Part shown: positions 59,612-64,000 of the stretch, piece after piece
How positions within the stretch are numbered: the first letter of the stretch is position 1
Layout of the letters: every line of letters begins with the position of its first letter
NCBI GenBank assembly: GCA_012026655.1
Contig: JAAILG010000762.1
Coordinates: 1 to 64,000, forward strand
Length of the DNA: 64,000 bases
Direction of reading: 5' to 3'
Source of the DNA: Hydrolagus affinis
Taxonomy: Eukaryota
The notes under the pieces: model-generated
Seen by the model: only the letters and a program-made list of their open reading frames with translations
What the model was told of the DNA's origin: nothing
The model's database searches: none
Position numbers and translations under genes: made by a program

Positions 59612-60842
59612 ATATTTGGGCAGAACTCATGCAGAAAAAAAAGTGATTTAAGTCCCCTACTTCTCACTGAAACAACCACAGCCTCCTTTAAATATGTGAC
59701 TTCATTTTGTATTTAAGATTATTCTGGTAAACAACAATAAGGCATTACAGATATTGTTTTCAATTGGCCATCTGAATACAACTACAGTACTCTATGTCAG
59801 ACTGTATGTGTAAGTTACAATCTCAGGATTAAATGTGGTCACTTAATATCCCTTTCCCTACTTATTTTGGCAAAGGATAAGCACAATTCCTTCCTTGCAA
59901 AAAAGTATGCCCAGGCTGGAGTCTTGGACTTTAAGCAATTATTCTGCTAATGGCCAGTAGAGTGAGCTCTAACATGGGGGGAAAACTTGGCAGCCTGATT
60001 CAATAAAAGTTACTGTCACCTGTTGGCCTTTCTCTGCACTGACAAATTCTCAAAAAAAGGGACAGCAGCACTAAAACTGAGGAAGAATTCAAAGCATCAA
60101 CGATGGTGCTACGTCGATCTGCGTATCGTCTACTTTCCCTCCTGTGTTGTGTCTGTCAGCCAGCTTTCAGCAGCAACCCACCGAAATTAAGCTGTCAAGC
60201 TTAACTGGGATATCCTGTATAAATATCTTTAATAAATCAGTAAATAGACAGAGAGTTACGCTCTCTGAGTCTCCCTGAGTTGCGCTTGCGCCAGAATCAA
60301 TCTGCGGTTAATTCTCAGCACAATATTTTCAGGATGGGGCTACCTGACGGCATCCAAAAGGCATTGTTGGATCAACCAGGGTTTTACACAAATTGAGGGA
60401 GCAATGCTTCACATAGCAGTAACTTTAGCACAATGACTATGATGTGCATCCAAAATGGGAAATACCATTGAACACGTTCATCATTGAAGTATATTAAAAT
60501 AACACCAGACAGAGCATCATCCTCTCAGTATATCAAAGAGATGCTCTTGGGTATCTGTTATCTGTACGTGTGCCAAAAAAAATGGGAATTAACAAATACA
60601 TAACATTGAAATAAATCAGGAAAGTACTAACATTAGAGAGAAACCCAGGATTTGCAAAGTAGTCATTTTACCCAGTATCTGGTGTTACGTGGGAAGAGGC
60701 AGTGATGGATTTCCAGAGAAGCACCGCGTCCCTTGTTCCCTTCTGAAACTTTAGTATGAGTGCACTGCCTGACCTTTGTCTGAATGGTTTTATTTCTTTT
60801 TTTTTCCTATTTTCTCCCCTCCTCTCCTCTCCACTCCTAAAG

Positions 60843-60951
60843 GTACAGCTGGCGCTTGGTACAGTTCCACAGGTGCTCTACAGATCCTACTCATTCTGCT
60901 CCTGCTGCCTACGCAGCAGAAGGAGGAGGAAATCAAAGAGATAGAAAGGTG
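60843..60951 (+). other. Candidate internal exon (109 nt) of an unidentified host transcript
   Basis: About 50-nt polypyrimidine tract ending cctaaAG at 60842; donor GTG|gtaagg at 60952; two of three frames open; no recognisable protein. Confidence 0.3.
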
Positions 60952-61019
60952 GTAAGGCTTAACGGATCCTAAATTAATTATTCAATTTTTAAAAAAATCA
61001 TCATCTGGAAATAATATCA

Positions 61020-62040
61020 GGTCTTCTAAACATCTCAAAAGCGCTTCACAGAATGCACTACTGTATATTTTGTGGGCAAAACGGGGCAGCGAATTGTGCA
61101 CAGAAATGTTCCACAAACAGTAGATTGAGTGACCAATTTATTATTTTATTTTTTGTTTTTTGAAGGAATGTGTATAAATTTGTATTCAATGTGGAATGTT
61201 GTGTAGTCAAGCCCAGATGCCCTTTGTTCTAGCAATGTTCCACATGCAATGGGAATGGTGTTGGATAAATACAGCTTAGCTGCACAGTTAGATCAGAATT
61301 TTCTGCCAGATTGTGAAATAAGAGGCTCAGGAAAAAAATGGACCTTAAAACCATTTCAATTATGATTTCTTAATTAAGGAATCCCAAAGCACACTATCTG
61401 AGACCTACTTTCAGAGAGGAGTTCCCATGATTCAGTGTGACATGTGGGATGTACTTTTGGTTTATGGAAAGATCATACACTCAGAATATTTATTAAGGAT
61501 TCCCATAAAAAATTAATCAATCATATTTGACTCAAAATTTCTAAAGAAATGAATAGGTTAGCATTATAATTAATTGAACAACTTTGAATAGCTCTTTTCA
61601 AAGAGCCGGCACAGACTCGATGGGCCGAATGGCATTCTTTGTGCTGTAAAATTATATGATTTATCCTGACTGTATAAAATCAATTATAAAAGATGTATGG
61701 TTAAATTATACTTTGTTCAGCCTAGGACATAGCATATCAAGTGCTGTCCACACAAGAGCCACCTTTCAAGTCACAATAGGAAGTGATGAAGCAAATGTCT
61801 TGTCTGTGAGATTAAAATCTGTCAGACTTGGACTGTTCCATAACTTCATCAACTTTTGTTGACTCAACAACTTAAATTTATATAGTGCCCTCCACGCCGG
61901 ACGGCATCTCAGAGTGCTTCACAATAACGGATCCCGGAGCCGACCAGGGGGAGGGGGGAAAAAGGTGAAAAGAAAGGTCTTTAGCCGTGACCTGAAAATG
62001 GGAAAAGAAGGGGGCGAGGCAAAGGGATTGAGGAAGGTAG
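61020..62040. mobile_element. SINE body (61020-61165 -), CR1 3' end (61585-61660 +), L2 3' end (61866-62040 -)
   Basis: Family motifs: gcgcttcacagaat; gagccggcacagactcgatgggccgaatggc; acaacttaaatttatatagtgccctccacgccggacggcatctcagagtgcttcacaataa. Confidence 0.8.
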
Positions 62041-63383
62041 ACTCCCAACAATTTCAAGAAGAATGAAACCTGCAGAAATTCCAGAATGTCTGAAATCATT
62101 TGAAAAGTAACTGGAGGAGAAGAAGGCATATTATAACTGTAGAGTAAAGCACACAGCTCAGCTGTACATTGCAGATTCAACTTTGACTCCGTAATCAATG
62201 AACCCCAAGCAAGAGGTTTCTTGGCTGAAACAAAAGACTTTTTGTCTGACGGAAGACTTTTGCCTGCTGTTTGTAAATTTTCCAACTGACTCCGATATAG
62301 ACATTTGTCTATGCTATTGGCCTGTCTGTGGTATTTGTGATAAATGAACGAACAAACTTCGCATTTCTTATTAAGTAAAGAATTTTCAAAGCCTGAGTTG
62401 CTGAGTGTCTCTGTTATCGGGTCCTTAATTAAAGGAGGGCTATAAAGAATAAGGTGGTCTTATTCTGCTCATTGCCCAGGAACCCAACCCTATTATGTTA
62501 CTGCACAGTTACTTTCACTATGCCACTCTTTCCAATGTGCAGCATTTGAACCAATAAGTGGCGGCAAGATAGATGTGGATCAACGCATTGGTTTGCATTC
62601 ACAATGCTCCAGTTTATCCTGAGGTTTGGAAGCACACAGTTATTGCAAGTTTTTCTCCAGGGACTCTACAAAAGTAAACAAAGCTGGAATTGATAATCTG
62701 ACTGGATAATATAAGCATCTGCTGTGTGAGGAAATGAAACAGCTTGGGCATTAATTTCCAGATGAACCATAGGGGAGGTGGGATGGGGAGGGAGAAAGGA
62801 AGGACCGCAGGGTTTCCGATGAGATATAGTTCTCATTCTTAGATTGTTTTATTCGTTAGCATTGAAGAACCAACTCTTTATTAAATGTTGCATGCGAAAG
62901 AGCTAAAATGAATTCAAGAGATTTGCGGGCATTATTTGTACTGGGGGATTGCTGGGGACTTGTTAGTTCTGCACATTTTCAAAAAATGGTACACACTTTC
63001 CCACCCTAAAGAATGAACTCCCGAACAAACATTATTACAAAACAACAATAAGTCGGTTATTTCTTGAAGCCAATGAAGCCCAGCGATGTCTTTCCTGAAC
63101 ATTTACTGCAAAATAGTGCAGAATTTCTTTTTGCAGTTACCAAGCCAGAGATTACCAGAAAGCAAGGCACAGCCTTGCAAATTGGGATTGTTTTATTGTG
63201 TTTTGAAAGAGCCAGTCATTCAAATAATTTTTTACATTTGCAATGTAAAAAAGAGAGAAAAAAATAATTCGGGGTTGAGTGCTACTTCAGTTTGCCATCA
63301 CTGTAAAACTACCCTTCCCATTGCCCTGGACATCTTCAGCTGCTTGATATACAGAGAAAATGTGCAGATGACTTCAGCCTGCT

Positions 63384-63434
63384 CCTACATTCAAATGACA
63401 CAGTCCATGTGCCTACATTCAAATGACACAGTCC
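63384..63434. repeat. 23-bp direct duplication, period 28
   Basis: cctacattcaaatgacacagtcc at 63384-63406 and 63412-63434. Confidence 0.9.
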
Positions 63435-64000
63435 CCATTCATCGTGCAATGGGGTGCAAATAGAAACCGTGCTTCAGAACATAACTGCATCTGTTTTGTT
63501 GTTTGGTATTTTATACAGCTTTTCTTCAGGTATCTCTGCTTCAATTTAGACAGATCTACCAACACAAATGCAATATCACTAACAGAATGAGCTTATATTT
63601 TAACGTGCATTTGACAAGGGAAAGCTCAGGGCTTACCGCGAGCACTCCAGTGCAAACACTCTTACTCTCTTATGCTCTCAGCACCCACCTAGTGCTAATC
63701 AATTTATTTCTCATTTTCAGGTGTGGACACCTCCCTCTCCTCCCTCACTCAGCATCCAATCCCACCACTATCCTGTGACAAAGCCACCATGTAAATACAA
63801 GTTGCTCATTTTATCTTGTTTAATAGTAAATGAAATGGGAATATTTGATGATTTATTATTTTATGTTAGGGACTTCCCAGCTTACTTTGTATAATGTTTT
63901 CTTCCATAACAGATTAATAGAGGCAGCCAATTTGCACACAGAAATGATCTACAAACATAATGAAATTAATAATTAGTTTGAAGTAATGTTGGCTGGAACA

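Noticed and set aside
1-64000. CRISPR array, operon or prokaryotic/phage system
   Set aside because: Repeats are dispersed, divergent retroposons with no regular repeat-spacer period; there are no long or dense ORFs.

Overview
Vertebrate, AT-rich, repeat-dense non-coding DNA, either a large intron or an intergenic region. The repeat content is most consistent with a cartilaginous fish, probably a holocephalan such as Callorhinchus milii (inferred from memory of its repeat families, not from a search). No protein-coding gene could be recognised. The longest ORFs in the track are retroelement fragments, their antisense shadows or chance ORFs. The dominant features are: (1) a tRNA-headed SINE family with a CORE-like centre in long and CORE-deleted forms, carrying a DeuSINE/L2-type 3' tail ending in (ATT)n; (2) older SacSINE1-like DeuSINEs; (3) 5'-truncated L2 and CR1 LINE fragments; (4) two clear non-autonomous DNA transposons, a hAT/Charlie-like MITE and a Tigger-like element; (5) a Penelope-type remnant with a decayed hammerhead core; (6) ancient hairpin elements, one Eulor4-like. 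The most notable unexplained structures are a perfect 50-bp templated copy that replaced part of an L2 RT motif (52002-52051 = 53891-53940), a perfect 36-bp inverted duplication (36252/36461), a ~185-bp multi-stem palindrome (26544-26727), an unclassified repeat present three times, and several enhancer-like or exon-like unique segments. No evidence was found for CRISPR arrays, real tRNA/rRNA genes or a novel multi-gene system. Repeat boundaries were read by eye and are approximate (about 10-30 bp) unless TIRs or exact repeats are quoted.
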